A stretch of 64,000 nucleotides of DNA from a bacterium. Its GTDB lineage: Bacteria > Chloroflexota > Anaerolineae > Anaerolineales > Anaerolineaceae. The notes beneath the pieces were generated by a model that saw nothing but the letters and a program-made list of their open reading frames with translations, was not told the DNA's origin and ran no database searches. Location: the NCBI GenBank assembly GCA_963618265.1, contig CAVESB010000004.1, forward strand, positions 813 through 64,812, written 5' to 3'. Made by a program: the position numbers and the translations under genes. Position 1 is the first letter of the stretch, and every line of letters starts with the position of its first letter. Of this stretch, positions 45,781-54,653 are shown in pieces.

Positions 45781-46410
45781 ATCAGCACACAAGATTTTCG
45801 CGTAAATGAGATGATCCGCATTCCGGAGATTCGTGTTATTGACGACCGTGGTAATAACCTGGGAGTCATGTCCAGCAAAGAAGCGTTGCGGATTGCCCGC
45901 GAACGTGACCTGGATTTAGTAGAAGTATCCCCCAACGCCAATCCGCCGGTATGCCGTATTGTCTCCTTCGGCAAATTCCTTTACGAACGGACCAAGAAGG
46001 AAAAGGAAGCCAAGAAAGCTCAGGCGAAAGTTGAAGTCAAGGAGATCCGTCTCCGCCCGAAGACGAACGAGCATCACCGCAGTTTCAAAACCCGTGACGC
46101 CCGCCGTTGGCTGATGGAAAAGAAAAAGGTTCGCGTCACCATCCGTTTCCGCGGCCGTGAGATCACCTATCCGGAACTCGCTCTTGAGGACTTGAAAGAG
46201 ATTGCCGAAGAGCTCCGCGATATCGCGATCATTGAACAGCCGCCGGCCATGGAAGGCCGCGTCATGCGCATGCTCCTCGGTCCGGATGTCAAGAAGATCG
46301 AGAAAGTCAAGGCTGAGCTTGCCGCCCATCCGGAGCTGCAGGCCGTGCTTGAGGCTGAAGAAGATTACGATGAAGAAGACGACGATTTCGAAGATGAGGA
46401 AGAAGAATAA
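45781..46410 (+). CDS. infC: translation initiation factor IF-3, probable non-canonical ATC start
   Basis: AAGGAG lies 7 nt upstream of ATC 45781. From there the N-terminus (M)STQDFRVNEMIRIPEIRVIDDRGNNLG aligns with the start of typical IF-3. PPVCRI and KEIRLRP motifs present. The upstream TTG/ATG of the track ORF lacks an RBS. Confidence 0.8.
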   Translation: MSTQDFRVNEMIRIPEIRVIDDRGNNLGVMSSKEALRIARERDLDLVEVSPNANPPVCRIVSFGKFLYERTKKEKEAKKAQAKVEVKEIRLRPKTNEHHRSFKTRDARRWLMEKKKVRVTIRFRGREITYPELALEDLKEIAEELRDIAIIEQPPAMEGRVMRMLLGPDVKKIEKVKAELAAHPELQAVLEAEEDYDEEDDDFEDEEEE

Positions 46411-46515
46411 TAATTATAAATTCTTCCGAAATTTGAAAAACCGTGTATAATTTATCATGCTAACGAAATAGCATTCTTTTAGAGTGCTATTAATTTTGTT
46501 GTAAGGAGTTTTGTT

Positions 46516-46746
46516 GTGCCACGCAAACAGACAGCTGGAAAATATAAGTTGAAGACCCATAAGGCGACATCCAAGCGATTTCGCATGACCGGGTCCGGCA
46601 TGCTTGTGCGTACCAAGGGCGGTAAGAGCCATTTCCGCCGCCGTACCTCCGATCGCACAAAGCTGCTTCTGTCTGAGATGATCCCGGTCGAGGGTAAGAG
46701 CACCATCGCCCGTGTGAAGCGTCTCGCTCCCTATATGGAGCACTAA
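46516..46746 (+). CDS. rpmI: 50S ribosomal protein L35
   Basis: GTG start with AAGGAG 7 nt upstream. KTHKATSKRFRMTGSGML. Confidence 0.85.
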   Translation: MPRKQTAGKYKLKTHKATSKRFRMTGSGMLVRTKGGKSHFRRRTSDRTKLLLSEMIPVEGKSTIARVKRLAPYMEH

Positions 46747-46830
46747 TCGGTTTTTCTTTTTTAGTACGGCTGTCGGGTGTAAGCAACGGATCATATGATC
46801 GACGCCCGAGGGTTCGTAAAGGAGTAATAT

Positions 46831-47181
46831 ATGGCACGTGTTAAGGGAGGTCCGAAAGGGCATCTCCGTCACAAGAAGTTACTGAAACAGGCAGAGGGGT
46901 ATCAACTCACTCGCCGCAAGCTGTTCCGCCGCGCCAATGAAACCATGCTGAAAGGCCTCTGGTACGCATTCCGTGATCGTCGTGTACGCAAGCGCGATAT
47001 GCGCAAGCTCTGGATCGCGAGAATCAATGCGGCTGCCCGGCTCAACGGAATTTCCTACAGCCGCCTGATTGGTGGTCTCAAGAAAGCGAACATTGCCCTG
47101 AATCGCAAGATGCTGGCAGACATCGCTGTCCGCGACCCGCAGGCTTTCAGCAAGATCGCCGAGATGGCGAAAGCTGCATAA
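46831..47181 (+). CDS. rplT: 50S ribosomal protein L20
   Basis: [38 protein letters not shown]. Confidence 0.9.
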   Translation: MARVKGGPKGHLRHKKLLKQAEGYQLTRRKLFRRANETMLKGLWYAFRDRRVRKRDMRKLWIARINAAARLNGISYSRLIGGLKKANIALNRKMLADIAVRDPQAFSKIAEMAKAA

Positions 47182-47196
47182 GCAAAACGTTTAGCA

Positions 47197-47228
47197 CAAA
47201 AAAAGACCCTGGCAACAGGGTCTTTTTT
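47197..47228. terminator. bidirectional rho-independent terminator
   Basis: AAAAAAA-AGACCCTG-GCAA-CAGGGTCT-TTTTT between convergent rplT and the racemase gene. Confidence 0.85.
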
Positions 47229-47265
47229 CGTATCCCGTCCGCTACGGACAGCTTCGAGGCTTTGA

Positions 47266-47961
47266 TCAGGCTCCGGCGCCCGCGTATTGGCGGAACTTGG
47301 ATGTGGTGTAACCGGCTTTTACCATGCCGACGGCCAGCATCAATGCGCAGATGATGCCGTCGAGAACGGGAACATTGAATTCTTTTTGGATCGCCTTATC
47401 AATCCCTGCCATGCCCGCGCATCCCAGGACGAGGACTTCCGCAGCATCTTTCTCAATGGCGGTCTTTGCCGCGCTCAGAAAGAGATCCGCGCTGTTGTAG
47501 GAAGTGACATCGGCTTCCGGTGCGCGAACGGATGCGGCGGCAGTGTCCAGCCCGTACTTGTGAATGAGCATTTCCTTGTTCGCGATGGAGTGTGAGCCTG
47601 TGGAAATCACGGAGAAGGAGTGTCCGAGCATGCTGGCCATTTTCATGGAGGCTTCACCGATGCCGATGACCGGCTTGTCGCAGACTTCCTTCAGCAGATC
47701 CAGGTTCGGGTCGCAGTGGCAGGCAACAATAAAGGCATCGTACTTATCATAATTGTCGCGGATCAGCTGCAGCATCCCGGGAGCGGCCTGCGCTGCATCA
47801 ATGTAATAATCAATGAATTCGGGAGCACCGGGGGTGCAGACGGTATCGACGCGGAATTCGCCGTCGGCGTACGCTTCCGCAACACGCTGAACATCATCGG
47901 TCATTGCCTGACTGCTGTTCGGGTTGATGATCAAAACACTGATATCCTTGAATTTCTTCAT
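47266..47961 (-). CDS. Asp/Glu/hydantoin racemase family protein, second copy
   Basis: 231 aa. ISVLIINPNSS, ACHCDPNL and LGCAGMAG catalytic-Cys contexts. Confidence 0.75.
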   Translation of the reverse strand: MKKFKDISVLIINPNSSQAMTDDVQRVAEAYADGEFRVDTVCTPGAPEFIDYYIDAAQAAPGMLQLIRDNYDKYDAFIVACHCDPNLDLLKEVCDKPVIGIGEASMKMASMLGHSFSVISTGSHSIANKEMLIHKYGLDTAAASVRAPEADVTSYNSADLFLSAAKTAIEKDAAEVLVLGCAGMAGIDKAIQKEFNVPVLDGIICALMLAVGMVKAGYTTSKFRQYAGAGA

Positions 47962-48026
47962 TCGTTTCCTTCCTGCTTTTGAGAGTTGTTACGCCTATTA
48001 TAATGTTGCGCATACGTCTTAAATGT

Positions 48027-48052
48027 ATGACATTTCCCCTCATGATTGTCAT
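48027..48052. promoter_or_regulatory. inverted repeat ATGACA-N14-TGTCAT in the divergent racemase/Liv-B promoter region
   Basis: Perfect 6-bp arms. Same TGACA core as the 14975/30141 boxes. Confidence 0.35.
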
Positions 48053-48094
48053 GGAAAAAACAGGTAATTTGTTACATAAAAAAATCAGGTTGTT

Positions 48095-48103
48095 TGTTAT
48101 AAT
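48095..48103 (+). promoter_or_regulatory. extended -10 element TGtTATAAT for Liv operon B
   Basis: Read directly, 55 nt upstream of ATG 48158. Confidence 0.5.
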
Positions 48104-48157
48104 CTAAGGCGTTACAGTTGCAGTAAGAAACACAATATAACATAAAGGAGCCAAATA

Positions 48158-49297
48158 ATGAAACGTATTGCTTTGTTAGTTCTGGTTTGTGTACTGGCTG
48201 TTGTCGGTACTGTCTGCGCTGCCGACGATACCATCCGTATCGGTGTTTACGGTCCTCTGTCAGGCGACTCTGCTATGGTAGGTGCTACCATGGTTGAGGG
48301 CGTGCAGCTGGCTGTTGATGAATTCAACGAGGCCGGCGGCATTGACGGTCATCTCATTGAGCTCTTCATTGAAGATGACGAGCAGTCCCCGAAAGTCGCT
48401 GTCAACGCTGTCAACAAGCTCATCTATGAAGACAACGTCATCGGCATTATCGGAACCGTCAACAGCTCCTGCGTTCTTCAGTCCATGGAAGTTTCCTGGG
48501 ATGCCGAAGTTCCGCACATCACCCCGATCGGTTCCAATACCAGCATTACTCACAAAGGCAATCCGTGGATCGCTCGTTTGCAGGCTTCCGATGCCCTGCA
48601 GGCCGGTGCTATCACCCGTTACGCTGTTGAAGACCTCGGTGCCAAGAGAATCGCTGTGATCTTCCAGTCCGATGACTACGGTACCGGCGGCGCCGAAACC
48701 GTCAAGCAGGTTCTTGCCGACGAATACGGCATGGAACCGGTCGCTTACGAACCGTTTGAGCCGTCCGCTCTGGATGTCTCCGCTCAGGTTCTGAACATCA
48801 AGAATGCCAACGCTGACGCGATCGTCATCTACTCCATGTATCAGCAGGGTGCCCTTGTTGCGAAGAAAGTCCGCGAACTCGGTATCGACGCTCCTCTGAT
48901 GGGCTGCGGCGGTCTGACCAATGCGAAACTGTTCGAACTCGGCGGCGACGCTGTTGTTGGACTGGTCAATACCCAGACTTTCTTTGCCGACGCTTCCAAG
49001 GCTGCCCCGGCTGCTGCGGAATTCATCGAGAAGTTCCAGGCGAAATATGACGGCCGTCTTCCGGACTCCAACAACGCCATGGCTTACGACTCCGCCCGTG
49101 TCATGATCGAAGGTCTGAAATACTCCTACGAGAAGGAAGGCGACTTCGTCAACACCGCGATCATGGAAGGCATCAAGTCCGTCAAGGATATGCCGCTTGC
49201 CACCGGCACCATCACCATGGATGAAAACGGCGATGCCAACCGCGATATCCTTATCATCGGCATCACCGAAGACGGCGGATACACGCTTGTTAAATAA
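48158..49297 (+). CDS. Liv-type amino-acid-binding protein B
   Basis: Signal peptide MKRIALLVLVCVLAVVGTVCA. IRIGVYGPLSGDSAMVG. Confidence 0.85.
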   Translation: MKRIALLVLVCVLAVVGTVCAADDTIRIGVYGPLSGDSAMVGATMVEGVQLAVDEFNEAGGIDGHLIELFIEDDEQSPKVAVNAVNKLIYEDNVIGIIGTVNSSCVLQSMEVSWDAEVPHITPIGSNTSITHKGNPWIARLQASDALQAGAITRYAVEDLGAKRIAVIFQSDDYGTGGAETVKQVLADEYGMEPVAYEPFEPSALDVSAQVLNIKNANADAIVIYSMYQQGALVAKKVRELGIDAPLMGCGGLTNAKLFELGGDAVVGLVNTQTFFADASKAAPAAAEFIEKFQAKYDGRLPDSNNAMAYDSARVMIEGLKYSYEKEGDFVNTAIMEGIKSVKDMPLATGTITMDENGDANRDILIIGITEDGGYTLVK

Positions 49298-49323
49298 ATT
49301 CTTCGCTCACTGATTGTTGTATT

Positions 49324-49363
49324 GGGAAGGAGATGGGGAAAAACCTTCTCCTTCCCTTTCTTT
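49324..49363 (+). terminator. post-SBP hairpin + T-rich tract (attenuator)
   Basis: GGGAAGGAGA-N13-TCTCCTTCCC followed by TTTCTTT. Confidence 0.6.
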
Positions 49364-49399
49364 ATATTCTGACCGAATCTTTTATACAAGGAACAATTT

Positions 49400-50275
49400 A
49401 TGGAAACTTATGTTCAGGCATTGATTCAGGGTATCGCCATGGGCTCCCTTTACGGGCTGATCGCCATTGGCTACGTCCTGATCAACAATGCGTGGGGTAT
49501 TTTGAACTTCGCACAAGGAGACATGGTGATGATCGGCGCCTTTGCCATTCTCGTCACCCATGTCAAATGGGGACTGCCGATTTGGCTGGCGCTGCCGCTG
49601 GCTCTGGTGATCTGCATGATTATCGGCTTCCTCATTGAACGCACCGCGTTCAGCCCGTTGATCGACGCCATCAGCTCGCGCCGTTTGATCGCCACGATCG
49701 GTATCGGCATTTTCCTCCGCAACCTTGTCCGTTACATCTTCGGCGCGGATCCTTATCCCTTCCCCTCCATCTTTGGCAGCACCCCAAAAAAAATCGGGGC
49801 TCTGACCATTGTTCCCCAGAACATTTGGAACATGGTGATCGGTTTCGCTCTGATCATTGCCCTTTCAATCTTCCTCAAGAAGACGACAGTCGGTAAAGCG
49901 ATGCGCGCGACTGCTCAGGATCGTGAAGCTGCCCGTCTGATGGGCATCAACGTCAAGCAGTCCATGTCTCTGACCTTCATCATGGCCTCTGCGCTCGGCG
50001 GGCTTGCCGGTATGCTGATTGCCCCGGTCTTCTTCGTGATCCCGACCCTTGGCACATCCATGGGCAATAAGGGCTTTGCCGCTGCCTTGTTCGGCGGCAT
50101 CAATTCCGATGCCGGCTCCATGATCGGCGGTATCGTCCTCGGTATCCTTGAGGCGCTCGGCGCGACGACACTGTCCTCCGCATATCAGTCCAGTATCGCT
50201 TATGCGGTTCTGTTCCTGGTCCTGATCTTCATGCCGAACGGCTTGATGGGTAAGAAAGAATCCAGAAAGGTATAA
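49400..50275 (+). CDS. livH: HAAT ABC permease LivH-like
   Basis: 291 aa. MGSLYGLIAIGYVLINNAWGILNFAQGD. Confidence 0.9.
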   Translation: METYVQALIQGIAMGSLYGLIAIGYVLINNAWGILNFAQGDMVMIGAFAILVTHVKWGLPIWLALPLALVICMIIGFLIERTAFSPLIDAISSRRLIATIGIGIFLRNLVRYIFGADPYPFPSIFGSTPKKIGALTIVPQNIWNMVIGFALIIALSIFLKKTTVGKAMRATAQDREAARLMGINVKQSMSLTFIMASALGGLAGMLIAPVFFVIPTLGTSMGNKGFAAALFGGINSDAGSMIGGIVLGILEALGATTLSSAYQSSIAYAVLFLVLIFMPNGLMGKKESRKV

Positions 50276-50278
50276 GCC

Positions 50279-51277
50279 ATGAGTACATTCAACAAAATCT
50301 ACAAGGCAACCCGTATCTGGATCCTGCTGATTCTCGCGATCCTGCTTCCGAAGTTCGTCAACCGCTATTACCTCGGTGTGGTCAACATCGCGCTGATTTT
50401 CGGTATTCTGACCATGTCTCTGAACATCCTCTCCGGCTGTACCGGGCTTTTCAATGTCGGCTTCATCGCCTTCTACGGTATCGGGGCGTACACAGCAGCA
50501 ATCCTCAGCACCCGCTTCGGCGTGCCGATTCTGCTCTGCATCTTCCTTGCCGGTGTGGTTTCCGCCCTGTTCTCGCTGATTCTGGCATTGCCGACCATGC
50601 GTCTGCGCGGTATGTATTTCGCCGTGGCGTCCCTTGCCTTCGGTGAAATCATGTACCAGATTTTCGTCAACGCCCGCTCCGTGACCGGCGGCACTCAGGG
50701 TATCAGCAGTATTCCGTCCCCTGAATGGTTCGGCATCCGCTTCCGACAGCCGCAGAATTTCTACTATATTCTGCTCTTCTTCACGGTTCTCATCATCATC
50801 CTGATCCGCAATCTGATCAATTCGCGCTCCGGCCGCGCCATGCTCGCCATTCGTGAGAATGACATTGCTGCCGAGGCCATGGGCATTAACGTCCCGAAGT
50901 ACAAGACATTGGCATTTGCCGCCGCCACGTTCTTTGCCGGCGTTGCGGGTGCGCTCTATGCCTTCTACTCCCACTTTGTCTCTCCGGAATCCTTCGTGAA
51001 CTCCGAATCCTCCGCGGTTCTTGCGATGATGGTCGTCGGCGGCATCGGTTCCATTTCCGGTGCTTTTATCGGCGGTCTCGCGCTTTCCATTCTGCCTGAA
51101 TTCATGCGCTTCCTCGGCAACCTCCGCCTGGTCATTTACGGTCTGGCGGTTGTCGTGATCATTATCTTTGCCCCGAAAGGGATCGGCGGTGCGGTTGAAT
51201 GGATTGACGGCGTTCTCTGCGGAACCATCAAAGTCGGAAAAACGAAAACTGCTGTTGAGAAAAAGGAGGCTGAATAA
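50279..51277 (+). CDS. livM: HAAT ABC permease LivM-like
   Basis: 332 aa. MRLRGMYFAVASLAFGE. Confidence 0.9.
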   Translation: MSTFNKIYKATRIWILLILAILLPKFVNRYYLGVVNIALIFGILTMSLNILSGCTGLFNVGFIAFYGIGAYTAAILSTRFGVPILLCIFLAGVVSALFSLILALPTMRLRGMYFAVASLAFGEIMYQIFVNARSVTGGTQGISSIPSPEWFGIRFRQPQNFYYILLFFTVLIIILIRNLINSRSGRAMLAIRENDIAAEAMGINVPKYKTLAFAAATFFAGVAGALYAFYSHFVSPESFVNSESSAVLAMMVVGGIGSISGAFIGGLALSILPEFMRFLGNLRLVIYGLAVVVIIIFAPKGIGGAVEWIDGVLCGTIKVGKTKTAVEKKEAE

Positions 51278-52044
51278 TGACTGCAATCCTTGAAACCAAA
51301 GGCATCGGCATCCATTTCAGCGGCCTCCGTGCGGTGGATAACGTCAGCTTTACCGCGGAACAGGGTTCCATTACCGCGATCATCGGCCCGAACGGCGCGG
51401 GGAAAACCACGCTTTTCAACCTCATTGCCGGGTTCTATTCCCCGACAGAGGGACAGGTCTTCTTTGACGGGAAAGATATTACCAATGTTCCGACTTACAA
51501 ACGAACCAATCTCGGTTTGACCCGTACCTTCCAGAATATCAACCTTTTCCGCGATCTTTCTGTTATGGACAATGTTCTCGTCGGACTGCATACCAAAACG
51601 AAATCCGACCCGCTCAGCGCGATGTTCCGTCTGCCGAACAACAACCGCGAAGAGAAGAAAAGCCGTGAGCAGGTCATGGAAACGCTGAAGTTCCTGGATC
51701 TTGACCACCTCGCGAACGAAAAGGCCGGCAGCCTTTCATACGGTATGCAGAAGAACCTTGAGATCGCCCGTGCGATGGTCTCTCATCCGAAGGTCATTCT
51801 CCTCGATGAGCCCGCGTCCGGTCTGAACACCAACGACCTCGATTCCCTTTCTCAGCGCATCTCCAAGATCCGCGAGAGCGGCATTACCGTTGTTCTGATT
51901 GAACACAAGATGGATGTTGTCATGACCATTTCAGATAAGATCATTGTGCTGAACTTCGGCAAGAAGATCGCCGACGGCACGCCGGAGCAAATCGCGAATG
52001 ACCCGGACGTCATCGAAGCTTATCTGGGAAAGGATGATGATTAA
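51277..52044 (+). CDS. livG: HAAT ABC ATPase LivG-like
   Basis: GPNGAGKTT, LSYGMQKNLEIARAM, LLDEPASGLN. Confidence 0.9.
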   Translation: MTAILETKGIGIHFSGLRAVDNVSFTAEQGSITAIIGPNGAGKTTLFNLIAGFYSPTEGQVFFDGKDITNVPTYKRTNLGLTRTFQNINLFRDLSVMDNVLVGLHTKTKSDPLSAMFRLPNNNREEKKSREQVMETLKFLDLDHLANEKAGSLSYGMQKNLEIARAMVSHPKVILLDEPASGLNTNDLDSLSQRISKIRESGITVVLIEHKMDVVMTISDKIIVLNFGKKIADGTPEQIANDPDVIEAYLGKDDD

Positions 52045-52045
52045 T

Positions 52046-52765
52046 ATGCTGCAGCTCAAGAACGTCTATGTAAGTTACGGTAACATTGAAGTCCTTCACG
52101 GCATCAATATCGAAGTTCGGGAAGGCGAGATCGTCACCATCATCGGTGCCAACGGCGCCGGCAAGTCCACGACGCTGAAGGCCATCACCGGGATAGTTCC
52201 CAAGAAGAAGGGATCCGAGATTATCTTCAACAATGAGAACATCACCAAAACCGCCGCGGAAAAAATCGTCGGCAAAGGCATTTCCCTTTCACCGGAAGGA
52301 CGCCGCATTTTCCCGGATATGACTGTCGTTGAGAACCTTGAAATGGGTGCTTACCTGCGCAGTAAGGACAAGGCAGGCGTCAATAAGTCGATGAATTTCG
52401 TTTTCGAGATGTTCCCCCGTCTGGAAGAACGCCGCAACCAGTCCGGCAAGACGCTCTCCGGCGGTGAGCAGCAAATGCTCGCGATCGCCCGCGCCCTGAT
52501 GTCCAGGCCGAAGATGCTCATGCTCGATGAGCCTTCCACCGGTTTGGCGCCGCTGATTGTGAAAGACATTTTCGCCAGCATCAAGAAAATCAACCGTACC
52601 GAAGGAACCACGGTGCTGCTGGTTGAGCAGAACGCGAAAATTGCCCTGCGTACCGCGGATCGCGGATACGTGCTCAAGAACGGCAACATTATCATGGAAG
52701 ATCGGGCTGAGTCACTGATGGCGAATCCCGACATTCGTGCGGCGTATCTCGGCGAAATCAAATAG
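52046..52765 (+). CDS. livF: HAAT ABC ATPase LivF-like
   Basis: 239 aa from ATG 52046. GANGAGKST, LSGGEQQMLAIARA. Confidence 0.9.
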   Translation: MLQLKNVYVSYGNIEVLHGINIEVREGEIVTIIGANGAGKSTTLKAITGIVPKKKGSEIIFNNENITKTAAEKIVGKGISLSPEGRRIFPDMTVVENLEMGAYLRSKDKAGVNKSMNFVFEMFPRLEERRNQSGKTLSGGEQQMLAIARALMSRPKMLMLDEPSTGLAPLIVKDIFASIKKINRTEGTTVLLVEQNAKIALRTADRGYVLKNGNIIMEDRAESLMANPDIRAAYLGEIK

Positions 52766-52804
52766 GCAGTATAATTACGGTACTGCTCTGATAACAGATA
52801 AACC

Positions 52805-52831
52805 AAAGCGGGGCTCAACCCCGCTTTCGTT
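52805..52831 (+). terminator. rho-independent terminator after Liv operon B
   Basis: AAAGCGGGG-CTCAA-CCCCGCTTT followed by CGTT. Confidence 0.75.
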
Positions 52832-52874
52832 ATCCCGAAACGGAGCGGATAATTCAGAAAGAACGGCAAAACAT

Positions 52875-53648
52875 ATGCAGGAGATCACAACAATCATCAG
52901 TAACGTCGAGATCACTCCCGGGTATCACCGGATGCTGCTCTCATGTCCGGGGATTGCTTCCGAGGCGCGGCCCGGTCAGTTTCTCATGCTGAAATACTGG
53001 CGCGGAAACCGGCTGTTTTTCCGCCGTCCCTTCAGCATCAACTCCGTTCACCGTTCCGACGGTACATTGGAGATCCTTTATAAAGTTGTCGGTGAGGGTA
53101 CGGAACTTATGGCGGCTCTGCCTGCCGGTGCGGAAGTCGATGTGCTCGGTCCGCTCGGAAACGGCTTCCCGCTGCGTCCCGAAATGAAGCGTATCGCCGT
53201 TGTTGGACGCGGTGTGGGTGCGGCTCCGATGCGTTTTCTGGCTGAGGAAGCCCGACGTATGGACATTAAGGTTCAGGCTTATATTTCCAGCGCGAAAGAA
53301 GAATATCTGTTTGACCGCGACCTCTACTCCGCCTGCGGCTGCGACTTCAACGGCATGGTCGGCAACGACATGAACGTCACGGCATTCCTTTTCAATGATG
53401 TGCAGAAAATGCATTTCGATGCCGTTTATGTCTGCGGGTCAAAACGCTTGATGCGGGATGTTTATGACATGCTGGAACCGGATCATTTCGAGGCTTACTG
53501 CTCCCTTGAGGCGCACATGGCCTGCGGTATCGGTGCCTGCAAGGGCTGTATTGTTTCCGCATGGGATGAAGACGGCACGGAACACTATGTCCGCGTCTGC
53601 AAGGACGGCCCCGTGTTCCCTCTGAAACGGATGGTGAAACATGACTGA
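52875..53648 (+). CDS. pyrK: dihydroorotate dehydrogenase B electron-transfer subunit-like (FAD/2Fe-2S)
   Basis: 257 aa from ATG 52875. RRPFSI FAD motif. C-terminal MACGIGACKGC...VCKDGPVF 2Fe-2S motif. Confidence 0.75.
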   Translation: MQEITTIISNVEITPGYHRMLLSCPGIASEARPGQFLMLKYWRGNRLFFRRPFSINSVHRSDGTLEILYKVVGEGTELMAALPAGAEVDVLGPLGNGFPLRPEMKRIAVVGRGVGAAPMRFLAEEARRMDIKVQAYISSAKEEYLFDRDLYSACGCDFNGMVGNDMNVTAFLFNDVQKMHFDAVYVCGSKRLMRDVYDMLEPDHFEAYCSLEAHMACGIGACKGCIVSAWDEDGTEHYVRVCKDGPVFPLKRMVKHD

Positions 53649-54558
53649 AATCAACACTCAGCTTACAATCGGCAGTCTGCGGATGAAGAATCCCGTCATG
53701 CCCGCTTCCGGCGCGTATGACTATTTTGAGGACAATGCCGATGTCTTCCCCGTCAGCGAACTCGGTGCGATTATGCTGAAGTCGATCCACCGCCGCGCAC
53801 GTGCGGGCAACCCGGCGCCGCGGATTTGTGAAACTGCGGCCGGCATGTTGAACGCTGTCGGTATTCCTTCTGTCGGGATTGAGGCTTTTATCAAGAATAA
53901 ATCACTTGAGCATTACCGCGAACTCGGCGCGCCGATCATTGTCTCCATCTCCGGCAACTCCGCGCAGGATTATGTCGAATGTCTTGAGTTCCTGAACGAT
54001 CAGCCGGATGTCGCCGCGGTTGAGCTGAACCTCTCCTGTCCGAACGTCGGCACCGGTCTGCAGCTCAGCTCCGATGTGAAGACCCTGGACGAAGTCGTCA
54101 GTGCCGCGCGGAAAGCGACGAAACACACGATTTTTGCCAAGCTTTCCCCGAACGTGACGGACATCCGCCTCACTGCCAAGGCTTCCGAAGATGCCGGTGC
54201 AGATGCCGTCACCATTGCCAACACCTACATGGGAATCGCCATCAGCACCAAGACGAAGAAACCAGTCCTCGGCAATAAACAGGGCGGGCTCTCCGGTCCC
54301 GCGATCAAGCCGCTGACCCTCTTCAAAGTCTATCAGGCATACAGCGTCGTCAAAATCCCGATCATCGGAGTCGGCGGCATTATGTGCGCCGAAGACGCGA
54401 TCGAGTACATTCTCGCCGGTGCATCCGCAGTGCAGGTGGGCGCGGGTAATTTCATCGAGCCGATGCTTATGCATCATGTCATCCGGGGCATTGAGGAATA
54501 CATGCGTGAGAATGACTTCCCGACCATTGAGAGCTTCCGCGGACTGGCGCAGGGATAA
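53641..54558 (+). CDS. pyrD: class 1B dihydroorotate dehydrogenase catalytic subunit-like
   Basis: 305 aa. MKNPVMPASG, GNPAPRICET, GMLNAVGIPS, ELNLSCPNV (catalytic Cys). 8-nt overlap with pyrK. Confidence 0.8.
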   Translation: MTEINTQLTIGSLRMKNPVMPASGAYDYFEDNADVFPVSELGAIMLKSIHRRARAGNPAPRICETAAGMLNAVGIPSVGIEAFIKNKSLEHYRELGAPIIVSISGNSAQDYVECLEFLNDQPDVAAVELNLSCPNVGTGLQLSSDVKTLDEVVSAARKATKHTIFAKLSPNVTDIRLTAKASEDAGADAVTIANTYMGIAISTKTKKPVLGNKQGGLSGPAIKPLTLFKVYQAYSVVKIPIIGVGGIMCAEDAIEYILAGASAVQVGAGNFIEPMLMHHVIRGIEEYMRENDFPTIESFRGLAQG

Positions 54559-54586
54559 GGGAGCAGTCAACAGACAGCAAACAATT

Positions 54587-54629
54587 GCAGCCGATAACAG
54601 AAGCTTAATTCCGTTATCGGCTGCTTTTT
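54587..54629 (+). terminator. rho-independent terminator
   Basis: GCAGCCGATAAC-N14-GTTATCGGCTGC followed by TTTTT. Confidence 0.85.
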
Positions 54630-54653
54630 CAGTTATCGCTTACGATGACCGAT

